A stretch of DNA of 63,601 nt, the filler included. It is 5 parts of 5 records of this genome, joined end to end, with 100 filler letters (N's around TTAATTAATTAA, not from the genome) between each part and the next. Parts side by side here need not be neighbours in the genome. Positions count along the whole stretch, not along the records: positions 2,133 to 30,019 come from SRR9188677_61; positions 30,120 to 58,315 come from SRR9188677_75; 3 more parts are not named here. The stretch is one strand, 5' to 3'. A program made the translations under genes and the position numbers. This document shows, piece by piece, positions 20,190 through 30,230 of the stretch (within the stretch, counting starts at the first letter, position 1; each line of letters starts with the position of its first letter). The notes under the pieces are model-generated. The model did not search any database and was not told the DNA's origin. It worked only from the letters and a program-made list of their open reading frames with translations.

Positions 20190-20310
20190 GGCTGAAAACT
20201 ACAAGCTTCGTGAAGCAAAAGGAGCATAATAGCTAATTCTTCATTCGGGTAAAACGGGTACCGGCAATACTTATCATGTTTCGAATACACCATAAATGAT
20301 TTGCAACATG

Positions 20311-21204
20311 TCAAGGAACAAACAAAGGATTTCACTCCTTTCGATATTTTCCGGTCTGGTCATACTTACCTTACTTGCCGCTGGTAGTCCCGGATACGGA
20401 CAAGATAGTAAAACCATTATCCCGCTCTGGAAAAGCGGCCCTCCGGGCTTTGAAGCTAAGTCAAAAGAACCGGAACAAGCAAAAGATTACTGGGTCAAAA
20501 ATATCAACAATCCGTCGTTACAGGTGATACTTCCCCCGGCTGGAACCGCTAATGGAACGGCCGTGGTGGTTTGTCCGGGTGGTGGCTTTCGCCTGCTGGT
20601 GTATGGAGCTGAGGGCGTGGAGCCCGGAGAATATTTAGCAAAACTGGGTATTACTGTTTTTGTATTAAAGTATCGCTTGCCGAGAGAAGAAGGTTCGCCT
20701 TATTCGCTCGAAAAAACACCTCGTGAGGACGCACTGCGTGCAGTTCGCCAGGTAAGAAGTATGGCTAAAACTTATGGAATTGATACCACTCGCGTCGGTA
20801 TGCTCGGATTTTCGGCTGGTGGTGAAGTAGTCGCCGCGGTTGCATATGCTTCCGGCAAAGGTGATCCTGCTGCAAAAGATCCTGTCGACCGGCTTAATGG
20901 TAAGCCCGATTTCCAGATGTTGATATATCCCGGACCGCTGGGAATTCCTGAAACCGTACCGGCCGATGCACCACCTGCGTTCTTACTCGCCGCTAATGAT
21001 GATCCATGCTGTGGTGTCACCACTGCCAGTCTGTTGGTAAAATACCGTGAAGCTAAACGCCCGGTGGAAGCTCATCTTTTTACAAAAGGAGATCACGGCT
21101 TTAACATGGGAAACCGCTCGCCGCTGAAAAGCATCAAGTCATGGCCGCAACGAATGGCAGATTGGCTGGACGATAACGGATATTTGGTTAAGAGTAAAAT
21201 GTGA
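20311..21204 (+). CDS. Secreted alpha/beta hydrolase (carbohydrate esterase-like)
   Basis: CPGGGF, GFSAGG, HGF motifs; start position uncertain. Confidence 0.85.
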   Translation, partial: SRNKQRISLLSIFSGLVILTLLAAGSPGYGQDSKTIIPLWKSGPPGFEAKSKEPEQAKDYWVKNINNPSLQVILPPAGTANGTAVVVCPGGGFRLLVYGAEGVEPGEYLAKLGITVFVLKYRLPREEGSPYSLEKTPREDALRAVRQVRSMAKTYGIDTTRVGMLGFSAGGEVVAAVAYASGKGDPAAKDPVDRLNGKPDFQMLIYPGPLGIPETVPADAPPAFLLAANDDPCCGVTTASLLVKYREAKRPVEAHLFTKGDHGFNMGNRSPLKSIKSWPQRMADWLDDNGYLVKSKM

Positions 21205-21400
21205 AAAGTGAGAAGTGAAATGTTAGAGGTGAAAAAAGTGAAATGTGAGATGTAAAAAAAGTAAGAAGTAAAATGTGAGATGTGAGATGAACCTTACTTG
21301 CTTTTTCCTCTTTTGCATTTCGCATTTACCCCTTTAACATCTTACTTTTACATCTTACTTCTCACATTTTACCTTTCACATCTCACTTCTCACATCTCAC
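21201..21400. repeat. Inverted array of degenerate 7-mer tandem repeats
   Basis: (GTGAGAT/GTGAAAT/GTAAAAT)n at 21201-21290 mirrored by (ATCTCAC/TTTTCAC/ATCTTAC)n to 21400. Confidence 0.85.
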
Positions 21401-21410
21401 AAAAAAAACA

Positions 21411-22352
21411 ATGAAAGCAATTATTTTACAGGATTTCGGTGGTACGGAAAATCTGGTATTGACCGATTTGCCAACTCCCGTCATACAAAAAGATGAAGTT
21501 TTGGTCAAACTGAAAGCCATCAGTATTAATCCAGTGGATGTAAAAACACGTAAGGGCAAAGGGGTTGCCGGTACAATAAAGGATCAAATGCCTGCGGTCA
21601 TAGGCTGGGATTTTTCCGGAATTATCACCGAAACAGGTAGCGAGGTGCGCGATTTCAAAGTGGGTGATGAAGTATTTGCCATGATAAGCTTCCCGAAACT
21701 TGGTAAAACCTATGCAGAATATGTGGCTGCACCTGCGGCCGAACTCGCTTTAAAACCTGGTAATGTTAGTCATGAGCTAGCCGCAGCGACTACTTTGGCG
21801 GCATTAACGGCTTGGCAAGCTCTAACGCTTCATGGTAATGTACAGAAAGGTGACCGGGTTTTAATTCACGCAGCCTCCGGAGGTGTCGGGCATTTCGCAG
21901 TTCAGCTTGCCAAACATTTAGGGGCATATGTTATTGGAACTTCTTCCTTAGACAATAAGGATTTCGTCCTGTCAATTGGTGCCGATGAGCACATTGATTA
22001 CAAAGCACAACCGTTTGAAAACGTGGCGAATGATATCGATTTTGTGCTGGATACAATCGGTGGTGATTACATTGACAGGTCCCTGACCGTCATGAAAAAA
22101 GGTGGAACAATAGTCAGTATTGTCTCAGGAATGAACGAAACCGTTTCAGAGAAAGCAGAGGCAAAAGGTCTTCATGGGAAAGTTATGAGGGTTCACGCAA
22201 GTGGAGAAGATATGAAAATTCTGGCTGGGTTTCTGGAAAAAGGCGTTATTACACCCCACATTCATGAAACATTCCCTTTCGAAAAAATGGCAGAAGCCCA
22301 TGCGCAGATTGAAAGTGGAAGAACGGTGGGGCGGGTTGTTTTGGTTTTTTGA
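21411..22352 (+). CDS. NADP-dependent oxidoreductase (MDR/quinone oxidoreductase-like)
   Basis: INPVDVK, LIHAASGGVGHFAVQLAK. Confidence 0.92.
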   Translation: MKAIILQDFGGTENLVLTDLPTPVIQKDEVLVKLKAISINPVDVKTRKGKGVAGTIKDQMPAVIGWDFSGIITETGSEVRDFKVGDEVFAMISFPKLGKTYAEYVAAPAAELALKPGNVSHELAAATTLAALTAWQALTLHGNVQKGDRVLIHAASGGVGHFAVQLAKHLGAYVIGTSSLDNKDFVLSIGADEHIDYKAQPFENVANDIDFVLDTIGGDYIDRSLTVMKKGGTIVSIVSGMNETVSEKAEAKGLHGKVMRVHASGEDMKILAGFLEKGVITPHIHETFPFEKMAEAHAQIESGRTVGRVVLVF

Positions 22353-22360
22353 AAGAAATT

Positions 22361-22444
22361 TGGGTTTGGAGCAAATGGTTTAGAACTCATGCGGAGTGCG
22401 AAAACGTTGACGTTGAAATGATTAACTTCAAACGTAATTTATAA
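22361..22444 (+). pseudogene. 3' remnant of a HigB-like toxin gene
   Basis: Translates KWFRTHAECENVDVEMI, resembling the HigB C-terminal 'F-GTHAEYDKID'; sits directly upstream of a higA-like gene. Confidence 0.6.
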
Positions 22445-22489
22445 CACTTGATAACAGTATAATTAAAATCTCGAAAATCATCAGATACT

Positions 22490-22846
22490 ATGGAACTGCA
22501 AATAATATAAAACAACGTAGAATATGAACTGATGCTTGATTGGATTGATAAGCAATTCGACGAAAAACCGGCTTTGGAAAGTAAGGAAGGTGAAAAACTA
22601 CAAATCGCATTATTGATAATTAAAGCTTACGAGGATTTACATTACAAAATCCCCTCTCCTGATCCTATTGAAGTAATCAAACTTAAAATGGATGAAAGGG
22701 GATTAAAAAACAAGGATCTTGTGGAATGGGTTGGCAGCAAAAGCTACGTATCGGCGTTGTTAAATCGCAAAAAGCCGTTAACCTTGAAACTTGCTAAACT
22801 GTTTCATGAAAGACTCGGTATTCCGGCCCAGGTTTTGTTAAATTAA
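22490..22846 (+). pseudogene. HigA-like HTH antitoxin with early in-frame stop
   Basis: MELQII*NNVEYELM (TAA at 22508); 'PDPIEVIKLKMDERGLKNKDL..SYVSALLNRKKPLTL'. ATG at 22532 could restart translation. Confidence 0.75.
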
Positions 22847-22929
22847 AATATATGTTGAGTTAAAAGGTTACAGGCTCATTACCGAAGACCATTAAGCCTT
22901 AACCTTTTAATCTTTAACCTTCCCAAATC

Positions 22930-23430
22930 CTAAAAATTCCTATCATCCGCCGAAGGCCCATAAATCGACGGAACAGCAATGTCGTTCATGCGCATATATA
23001 CCGTCAACTGCCCGCGGTGGTGCACCCAATGGTTTAGTGTGCTGCTGATGTTGTCAATTTTAGGTATTGAAAAAAGCTCCTGACCGTCATTTTTAAGATA
23101 GAATATTCCTTGCAGCGATTCCTCCGAAGCATTTTGCAACGACAACTTTGCTTTTTGAAAATTCTCTTCGAAGTGCTGGCTTAATTCTTCTGTTGACTTC
23201 GGTTCAAAATGATCATAGGTAGCGAAATCAATCTCTCCCTTTTCAATAATATAAGTTATCCAGAGTGGAATCTCTGCCACCAGCAGCGCCAGATAACCCA
23301 TGTTGGTAGACCGGGGATGTGGCTTATACTCGTATAGCGAAGCTGGTATCCTTTCCAGACATTTTTTTGTAGATGTATACTCCGCGTCCAACTCTTTTAC
23401 ATAGGCAGCAATTAATTCTGAATGTTCCAT
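22930..23430 (-). CDS. DinB family protein
   Basis: YKPHPRS, NHWVHHRGQLTVYMR..VPSIYGPS. Confidence 0.9.
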   Translation of the reverse strand: MEHSELIAAYVKELDAEYTSTKKCLERIPASLYEYKPHPRSTNMGYLALLVAEIPLWITYIIEKGEIDFATYDHFEPKSTEELSQHFEENFQKAKLSLQNASEESLQGIFYLKNDGQELFSIPKIDNISSTLNHWVHHRGQLTVYMRMNDIAVPSIYGPSADDRNF

Positions 23431-23591
23431 AAAAAAGTGATTTTGGTGATATTACGGAAGCAAAAAAACAATGCCATTTGCCTGTTGCTATACTTAAAGA
23501 GCAAAGTTTGCCAAAGCGTTTATCAACTACTTTGACAGACTTTGCTCTGCAGGGCTTATTTACGGTGAAGAAATTCAGGCGAAGCAAAGTA

Positions 23592-24404
23592 CTAGTTTAA
23601 CTTCTTAATCCACATATTCTTAACAAAAATTTTGGTAGTCTGTTCTATCTCAATACCAATCATCCCCGACTGATTATTGGATGATTTCGGATCGTCGTCG
23701 ATCATCACGGCCATTACCTGACCATTGATAATGTGAATAAAAACGCCTCCGCGTGCGATGACGGTATATTGATTCCAGTCGTTTAGCTTGATGTAGTCTG
23801 CCAGCCCTTTACGATCGCCGACATTTCCCATCAATCGTTTGCTTTTTTCGCCGTATCCTTCCACCACCTGTCCTCGCCATGCCAGAATTCTCATGGGTGT
23901 GTTTTCTGAATAAAATTGTCCTGTCCAAACTGGTGTGCTCGGCCAGAAATCGGCTTGTGGACCTGTCATCATCCATTTAAGATTCACCGGTCCTACATTC
24001 GCTGTTACATCCGGTGCAATGGGTGCCAGCCACGGAATACCGGTTTTACTCCGGTATTGAATGCCGCTTCCGCCTTTTCCTTCTACTTTGATTTCAAATT
24101 TCAACGTAAAGTCTTTCGCTTGCATGTCCCTGTTCACAATGTAACTGTTACCACTTGGATTTTCTTTGGTCGATTCTCCAATGATAGCGCCGTCTTCTAT
24201 GCGCCAGAATTTTGGGTTGCCATCCCACCCTTTCAGGCTTTTTCCATCGAAGAGCGAAACATAGCCCTTATGATCATTAAAATCCATAGAATCGGGCTCG
24301 GTAAATGCCATATTACCTGGTTTAGGCTTGGCAGGAGCGGTCTGCTGGGCTAGCGTTGCGGCTGAAACGAACGCCAGACAACATAAAATAAAATACTTTG
24401 TCAT
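23592..24404 (-). CDS. DUF1080 (3-keto-disaccharide hydrolase-like) secreted protein
   Basis: SLFDGKSLKGWDG, SGIQYRS, DWNQYTVIARG. Confidence 0.88.
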   Translation of the reverse strand: MTKYFILCCLAFVSAATLAQQTAPAKPKPGNMAFTEPDSMDFNDHKGYVSLFDGKSLKGWDGNPKFWRIEDGAIIGESTKENPSGNSYIVNRDMQAKDFTLKFEIKVEGKGGSGIQYRSKTGIPWLAPIAPDVTANVGPVNLKWMMTGPQADFWPSTPVWTGQFYSENTPMRILAWRGQVVEGYGEKSKRLMGNVGDRKGLADYIKLNDWNQYTVIARGGVFIHIINGQVMAVMIDDDPKSSNNQSGMIGIEIEQTTKIFVKNMWIKKLN

Positions 24405-24761
24405 GATGGTTTAGGAAAATGTAAAAGGTGAACCTGTCGGATATATACGCCAGGAGTAAGTCGTAGACAGGCAATGAAACAAAGATGAAAAATGTCCCTC
24501 TTTACTGTGAACAGCCCAGACCATCTTAATTAAATTAGAACTAAGTTTCTTAAGGCTTTGGAAAATCAGTCACCTGTTTTCTATCAAAATATCAAGCAGC
24601 AGTACTCAAAATCGTAGGATAACAGGTAATGAATGGTATGCTTTTTTTTATCCTCCAGAATAGTCGAATAAATAAGCAGTTCCAATTATTGAAAAGGAGA
24701 TAATCTATCCCCAAAGAGTACCGAAAATAGTTTCGTATATCCTTAAAAAGATTAAAATTTA

Positions 24762-27700
24762 ATGACTAAGTCCACGAAACCTTTTAGTACAGATGATGCG
24801 ATTGAAGTGCAAAGGCTTGAAAAAGCTCTTGAGGCAGCTGACATCGGTAGCTGGGAATTGGATCTTTCTACAAATCAATTCCGGATATGTGAAAGGGTAA
24901 AAGTCTTTTTTAATAATGCAGAAGAAGATATTCTCTCTTACGACGAATTTTTACACCTCCTTTATGCAGACGACAGACACCCATTCAACCAGGCCATTAG
25001 CTGTTCTCTGGATCCCCAATCCGGAGGTAAGCTCAGCCTGGAACTGAGAAGCCGGGATTACAACAACGAACGCCAACGATGGTTTAATCTAAAGGGAAAG
25101 GCATACTTTAATTCGGCTAATGAACCTTACCAAATTTCGGGAATCATGCAAGATATTTCCCAATTGGTTCAGACAAATCAACAACTTAAAAAAAGTGAGG
25201 ATCGCGTTCAAACAATGATTGAACAGGCGCCAATGGCAATAACCCTCTTGGAAGGAAGAGAGCTGTCGATCCAGGTTGGAAATGAGGAGATCTTCAACGT
25301 ATTCGGAATAGATAAGTCGGCCAGAGGAATGAGACTGATAGATGCCGTACCAGAACTCGCAGGGCAGGGATTTATTGAACTACTCGAAGATGTTTACGAC
25401 AGCGGCCAGCCGTTTTATGGTATTAACCGTCCGCTGAATCTGGTTCGCAAAGGCATACTGGAACAGGTATATTTTGACTTTGTTTTTACACCCATTAATG
25501 ACTATTCTGAATCCGTAACCGGCGTTATGATACTTGCTACTGATGTTACCAGGCAGGTGGAGGCAAGAAATGCTGTGGAGGAAAGCGAAATAAAATTCAG
25601 GACGCTGATCGAAGAAGCACCGATCGCGATATGCGTTTTTGCCGGAAAAGATATGGTGGTAGAACTGGCCAATGAACCCATGGTGGGCTATTGGGGAAAG
25701 GATATGTCGGTTATCGGCAAGCCACTGAGAGAAGCTATTCCTGAACTCGATGGCCAGCCTTTTCATGGTATTCTGGCAAATATTTACGAGACAGGAGAAA
25801 CATACAGGGCAAAAAACACACGTGTGGACCTTGTTGTGGATGGTGAATTGGGTACCTATTACTTTGATTTTACTTATAAACCTTTACTAAACAGTAAGGG
25901 TAAGGTTTACGCAATCATAAACATTTCAATCGACGTCACCACGCAAGTTCTTGCACAACGTGCGCTGGAAGAAAGTGAGTCAAAACTCAGGTCTGTTCTG
26001 GCCTCGGCACCAGCCGCTATGGGACTGTTCGTCGGCCGCGATTTGATTGTAGAAATGCCAAATCAGGCGTTTATAGATATTGTCGGAAAAGGGCCGGACA
26101 TCACTGGCAAACCTTTGCGCGAAGTAATGCCCGAACTGGAAAGCCAGGCGTTTCTTCAAATTCTGGACGACGTTTACACATCGGGGGTCATGTACCAAAG
26201 CTTTGGTACCCAGGTTGATATTGTTCAACAAGGTATTCTCACACACAATTTTTACAACATCACCTACACACCCCTTTTAAATTCGGAAGGAGAAGTGTAC
26301 GCTATTCTGGATATCGCCATTGACGTGACAGAAAAGATAGCTGAACAGCAGCTGATCGAAGAAAGTCAGATGCAGCTCCTTGCTCTTTTCGAACAGTCTC
26401 CGGTAGGGATCGCCACCTTAACAAAGGAAAATCTCACCTTTACGATGGCCAATACTTTTTACGCAGAGTTGGTTGGAAGAACGCCTGCTGAGCTTATCGG
26501 TAAGCCTCTACTGGAAGCACTGCCAGAGCTTGAAGGCCAGGGATTCGATACGTTGCTTAATAACGTCGCTGCCACCGGAATTCCATTTAGTTCGAAGGAG
26601 CGAATCGTTCACGTCATGCGCAACGAGCAGATGGAAACTATCTATGTGGACCTAACCTACCAACCGCAGCGGGACCAGGAAAATAATATCCTCGGCCTGT
26701 TCGTGGTAGCAACCGACGTAACCCAACAAGTAGTAAGCAGGCAAAAAATTGAGGAAGCGGAGATTACATTGCGGGGTGCAGTGGAAATGGCAGAACTCGG
26801 CACGTGGGAAATAAATCTGGCCACCGGAATTCTGGAATATTCCGAACGCCTCAGAAAATGGTTTGGCATTGGCTCAAAAGAAGTTATTACGATTGAAAGA
26901 GCATATGAACCGATTCGGGTTTCTGACCGAATCCGTGTGAAAGCTGCCATTGAACACGCTGTTAGACCAGGAACGGACGGGATTTATGACATTGAATATA
27001 CCGTAGAGGGAACGGATGTGATAAGGAAGCGCTTGCTGCATGCACAAGGTAAAACATATTTCAACGATAAAGGAGAAGCTGTAAAAATCAACGGTACCGT
27101 ACAGGATGTGACAGAACAACGTGCGGCTCAGCTGGCGCTGGAGCATCTGGTGAAGGAAAGGACAGAAGAACTGGAAATTGCCAATGAAGAACTTGCGGCT
27201 GGAAATGAGGAATTGGCTTCGATCAATGAAGAGTACATGGCGATTAACGAAGAACTTTCCCAGGCAAACGTGCTGCTGGTCCGCTCCAATGAAAACCTTC
27301 AGCAATTTGCATACGTAGCGTCTCACGACTTGCAGGAACCACTCAGAAAAATACAGTCTTTTGGTGACTTGCTTAAACAACGGTATGGTCCTCAACTTGG
27401 AGATGGAGAGGATTATGTGCGTCGGATGCAGGTTGCTGCAAATCGAATGTCGATCCTAATCGATGATCTGCTAACCTTTTCCCGTGTGTCTATCAAGCAA
27501 GATGCCACTGCACCTGTATCGCTTAATAAAATCGTAAATTCGGTGCTAAACACGCTGGAACTGGTGATTCAGGAATCAGGTGCCTTGGTTACTGTGGGAG
27601 ATCTTCCGATTGTAATAGGTGATGAATCCCAATTGGGGCAGTTATTCCAAAATCTGCTTAGTAACGCGATCAAATTCCGTAAGGCCGATATAACCACTGA

Positions 27701-27998
27701 AATTTATGTCGGGACGGAAATCGTCAGCTCAGGAGACCTGCCGTATTTTACAAAACCGATACGCAACGCATCAACCTACCACCGCATTATTGTGTCAGAT
27801 AACGGAATCGGATTTGATGACAAAAATGCAGACAGGATATTCCAGGTTTTTCAACGACTTCACGGCAGGCATCAATACGCGGGCACCGGCATTGGACTGG
27901 CTATCTGCGAAAAAGTAGTAACCAACCACGGTGGCGTAATTACCGCCATGAGCCAACCAGGCGTAGGCTCTACATTTAGTGTTTACCTTCCGGTTTGA
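24762..27998 (+). CDS. Cytoplasmic multi-PAS sensor histidine kinase
   Basis: About 6 PAS repeats, coiled coil, H-box FAYVASHDLQEPLRKI, and N/G1/F/G2 boxes. No response regulator is adjacent. Confidence 0.95.
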   Translation: MTKSTKPFSTDDAIEVQRLEKALEAADIGSWELDLSTNQFRICERVKVFFNNAEEDILSYDEFLHLLYADDRHPFNQAISCSLDPQSGGKLSLELRSRDYNNERQRWFNLKGKAYFNSANEPYQISGIMQDISQLVQTNQQLKKSEDRVQTMIEQAPMAITLLEGRELSIQVGNEEIFNVFGIDKSARGMRLIDAVPELAGQGFIELLEDVYDSGQPFYGINRPLNLVRKGILEQVYFDFVFTPINDYSESVTGVMILATDVTRQVEARNAVEESEIKFRTLIEEAPIAICVFAGKDMVVELANEPMVGYWGKDMSVIGKPLREAIPELDGQPFHGILANIYETGETYRAKNTRVDLVVDGELGTYYFDFTYKPLLNSKGKVYAIINISIDVTTQVLAQRALEESESKLRSVLASAPAAMGLFVGRDLIVEMPNQAFIDIVGKGPDITGKPLREVMPELESQAFLQILDDVYTSGVMYQSFGTQVDIVQQGILTHNFYNITYTPLLNSEGEVYAILDIAIDVTEKIAEQQLIEESQMQLLALFEQSPVGIATLTKENLTFTMANTFYAELVGRTPAELIGKPLLEALPELEGQGFDTLLNNVAATGIPFSSKERIVHVMRNEQMETIYVDLTYQPQRDQENNILGLFVVATDVTQQVVSRQKIEEAEITLRGAVEMAELGTWEINLATGILEYSERLRKWFGIGSKEVITIERAYEPIRVSDRIRVKAAIEHAVRPGTDGIYDIEYTVEGTDVIRKRLLHAQGKTYFNDKGEAVKINGTVQDVTEQRAAQLALEHLVKERTEELEIANEELAAGNEELASINEEYMAINEELSQANVLLVRSNENLQQFAYVASHDLQEPLRKIQSFGDLLKQRYGPQLGDGEDYVRRMQVAANRMSILIDDLLTFSRVSIKQDATAPVSLNKIVNSVLNTLELVIQESGALVTVGDLPIVIGDESQLGQLFQNLLSNAIKFRKADITTEIYVGTEIVSSGDLPYFTKPIRNASTYHRIIVSDNGIGFDDKNADRIFQVFQRLHGRHQYAGTGIGLAICEKVVTNHGGVITAMSQPGVGSTFSVYLPV

Positions 27999-28024
27999 CG
28001 AGAATGGAATGCCAATATCCAAGG

Positions 28025-28059
28025 CAATAAAAATTTACATATATTGTAAATTTTTATTG
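28025..28059. promoter_or_regulatory. Perfect 15-bp inverted repeat (putative operator)
   Basis: CAATAAAAATTTACA-tatat-TGTAAATTTTTATTG, ending 12 nt before the ATG at 28072. Confidence 0.65.
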
Positions 28060-28071
28060 TAAATTTACTTT

Positions 28072-28536
28072 ATGCACATCTTTGATATTCTGAATAACGA
28101 GAATAAAACTGCCATTATTCAGCCCGTCCGAGATGAAGATTTCAAGATATTAACTATCAAACGATATTTTTTCGACTGGAAAAAGCTGAGAGACAAATGT
28201 TCGATATTTAAGCTGGTGTTGACAGGAAGTAGTGAAATTCTCGGACTGATTGCCCTTTCATATTTTCCTGACGAAGAAAGAATAGAGATTAAGCTGGTTT
28301 GTGTTTCGAGAGAAAACTTTGGCAGCGAAAAGCAATACGACAACATAGCAGGTTGCCTCTTCGCATTTGCAGGACTGGAGGCAGTTAAAATTCTCAAAAA
28401 TTATCCTTGCATATCCTTAATTCCAAAGACAAGAATTAAAAATTACTACATAGAAAAATATAGTATGTTCGATGGAGGTCGTCAATTGTATCTCGAAGAC
28501 AAGCCATTATTTGATCTGATAAATAAATATCTATAA
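28072..28536 (+). CDS. GNAT-like protein, putative toxin
   Basis: 'ILGLIAL..IEIKLVCVSRENFG..YDNIAGCLFAFA..LIPKT..YY'; homologous to 15815-16348. Confidence 0.55.
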   Translation: MHIFDILNNENKTAIIQPVRDEDFKILTIKRYFFDWKKLRDKCSIFKLVLTGSSEILGLIALSYFPDEERIEIKLVCVSRENFGSEKQYDNIAGCLFAFAGLEAVKILKNYPCISLIPKTRIKNYYIEKYSMFDGGRQLYLEDKPLFDLINKYL

Positions 28537-28541
28537 CGAAG

Positions 28542-29057
28542 ATGAAAATATCAAGCGAAAACGCTGTTGAAGAACTTCTGGATTCAGTATTCGTTCCTGA
28601 AAAACTAACAGAAAAGCAAGAGGAAGAGGCGCGAAAAGAATTGGCTAAACGTCGATTAGAAAGACGCGCTTCAGTAAATAAAACCGAAAGATTACAATTG
28701 GATTTAATGAAATTGAAACTTCAATTAGATGATTATCTGATAAACAACACATTTAATCCTGAATTCACTTTTGGTCGTGTTTTAGAGAAATATCTGCAAA
28801 CCATAAACAGAAAGAAAAAGGATTTTGCAAGAGACATACAGGTTCATGAAACATATTTAAGCCAAATTTTGAATAACAAACGAGATCCGAACCAAAGTCT
28901 GATAATTCGTCTGGAACTGCATTCAAACGATATGATAAAAGCTCATAAATGGCTTAGATTAGTTGACATGGAAAAGGAATTCACGATTACAAATGACTCT
29001 TCTTTAAGAGAAAAAGAAGAAAAATTCGTGCACGAAAAATTGACTATATCTTTTTAG
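28542..29057 (+). CDS. XRE/HigA-like HTH protein, putative antitoxin
   Basis: KKKDFARDIQVHETYLSQILNNKRDPN..RLE. Confidence 0.75.
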   Translation: MKISSENAVEELLDSVFVPEKLTEKQEEEARKELAKRRLERRASVNKTERLQLDLMKLKLQLDDYLINNTFNPEFTFGRVLEKYLQTINRKKKDFARDIQVHETYLSQILNNKRDPNQSLIIRLELHSNDMIKAHKWLRLVDMEKEFTITNDSSLREKEEKFVHEKLTISF

Positions 29058-29088
29058 CGAAGATGGTTTAAAGATTTGTAGTCAAGGT

Positions 29089-29727
29089 TCAATCACACAA
29101 AGTCGGCAGATCCGGATTGGCCGCAAACTTAAAAATGGTTTCTAACTGAGGTATAGTAATCCTATAAGTGGAAAGCGGCAGATCATACACGGAAGAAAAT
29201 CTGATCCACGCAGCTCCGGTTGTTTCAATGGTTTGGTCCATCAATTCGCCGCCTGTCGCTTCACAAAGAATGAAGAATTTGTAAACGTACCAAGGCTCTT
29301 TTGGATGCTCATGCTTGCTTGTGTCGAAAACTGCCAGAAGTTTAACCGCCTTAACTTCAAGACCTGTTTCTTCCAAAACCTCTTTTTCAGCAACTTCAAA
29401 AGGAGTAAAACCGACGTCCGCCCAGCCACCGGGAACTGCCCAGCGATCGTTATCAATTTTTTCCTGAACCATCAAGAGCTGATCGGTACCATTAAAAACA
29501 ATGGCGCGAATGTCAACTTTGGGCGTGATGTAGCCAATCTCCTGCGGAAGAAGCATGATGATGTGCTCAATCGAAACTTGACTCATTTCCGCCAAAATCT
29601 GAAAACTAATGTTACGGATCTCTTCATAACGCTCGCGGTCATAATCACTTAACGGATATCCAAGGCCCGTTTGGGCCAATGCCTGAATTCTTTTAATCGC
29701 CGGCAACCAGTCCTCAGGAGTCATCAA
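29089..29727 (-). CDS. Nudix hydrolase with N-terminal Nudix_N domain
   Basis: ALAQTGL..YDRERY, TPKVDIR, PGGWADVG..AEKEVLEETGL. Confidence 0.93.
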   Translation of the reverse strand: MMTPEDWLPAIKRIQALAQTGLGYPLSDYDRERYEEIRNISFQILAEMSQVSIEHIIMLLPQEIGYITPKVDIRAIVFNGTDQLLMVQEKIDNDRWAVPGGWADVGFTPFEVAEKEVLEETGLEVKAVKLLAVFDTSKHEHPKEPWYVYKFFILCEATGGELMDQTIETTGAAWIRFSSVYDLPLSTYRITIPQLETIFKFAANPDLPTLCD

Positions 29728-29918
29728 AAAAGTTTTAATGGATGTAACTGCTCAAATATCGACAAAATCATGCATTTGTCGGTTCTCATGTTTTACCAAC
29801 GTACGGTAAATCGTAAAGACTTGAAGACACAAAGGATTAATGCTAATTCGCAACTCTAAGATTGTTTGTTAATTGATCGATAGAAACCGACTACTTACAC
29901 GACTTTGAGGCCTCTTTA

Positions 29919-30019
29919 AACCACCTAAGCGACCTAAGGCCACCTTAGAGCCTCCGGTGGCTCTGAGAACTTAACATTCCATCTTGAAATCTTAGGTGTT
30001 CTCAGGTCTCTTAGGTTGT
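29919..30019. repeat. Inverted 9-10-nt-period repeat element at contig end
   Basis: ACCTAAG units (29923-29949) mirrored by CTTAGGT/CTCAGGT units (29991-30017); inner hairpin AGAGCC..GGCTCT. Confidence 0.6.
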
Positions 30020-30119
30020 NNNNNNNNNNNNNNNNNNNNNNNNNNNNNNNNNNNNNNNNNNNNTTAATTAATTAANNNNNNNNNNNNNNNNNNNNNNNNN
30101 NNNNNNNNNNNNNNNNNNN
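30020..30119. other. Artificial contig linker
   Basis: N44-TTAATTAATTAA-N44. Confidence 0.98.
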
Positions 30120-30156
30120 CTGAACACAGTGCGTCTACCAATTTCGCCACCTGGGC
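30120..30156 (-). tRNA. tRNA-Leu(CAG), 5' half (truncated)
   Basis: Minus strand GCCCAGGTGGCGAAATTGGTAGACGCACTGTGTTCAG; upstream TATCTTTG -7 box at 30184-30191. Confidence 0.85.
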
Positions 30157-30230
30157 ATACCTTGTATTAAGAACTTTGGGCTGCAAAGATAAGTATGTTT
30201 TTTAAACAACCAAATCTCTTTTCTAAAAAA

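Noticed and set aside
21201-21400. Possible CRISPR array
   Set aside because: 7-nt periodic degenerate repeats with no unique spacers and no cas genes.
27160-27300. NEEL heptad repeats in the PAS kinase
   Set aside because: Ordinary coiled-coil linker before the HisKA domain.
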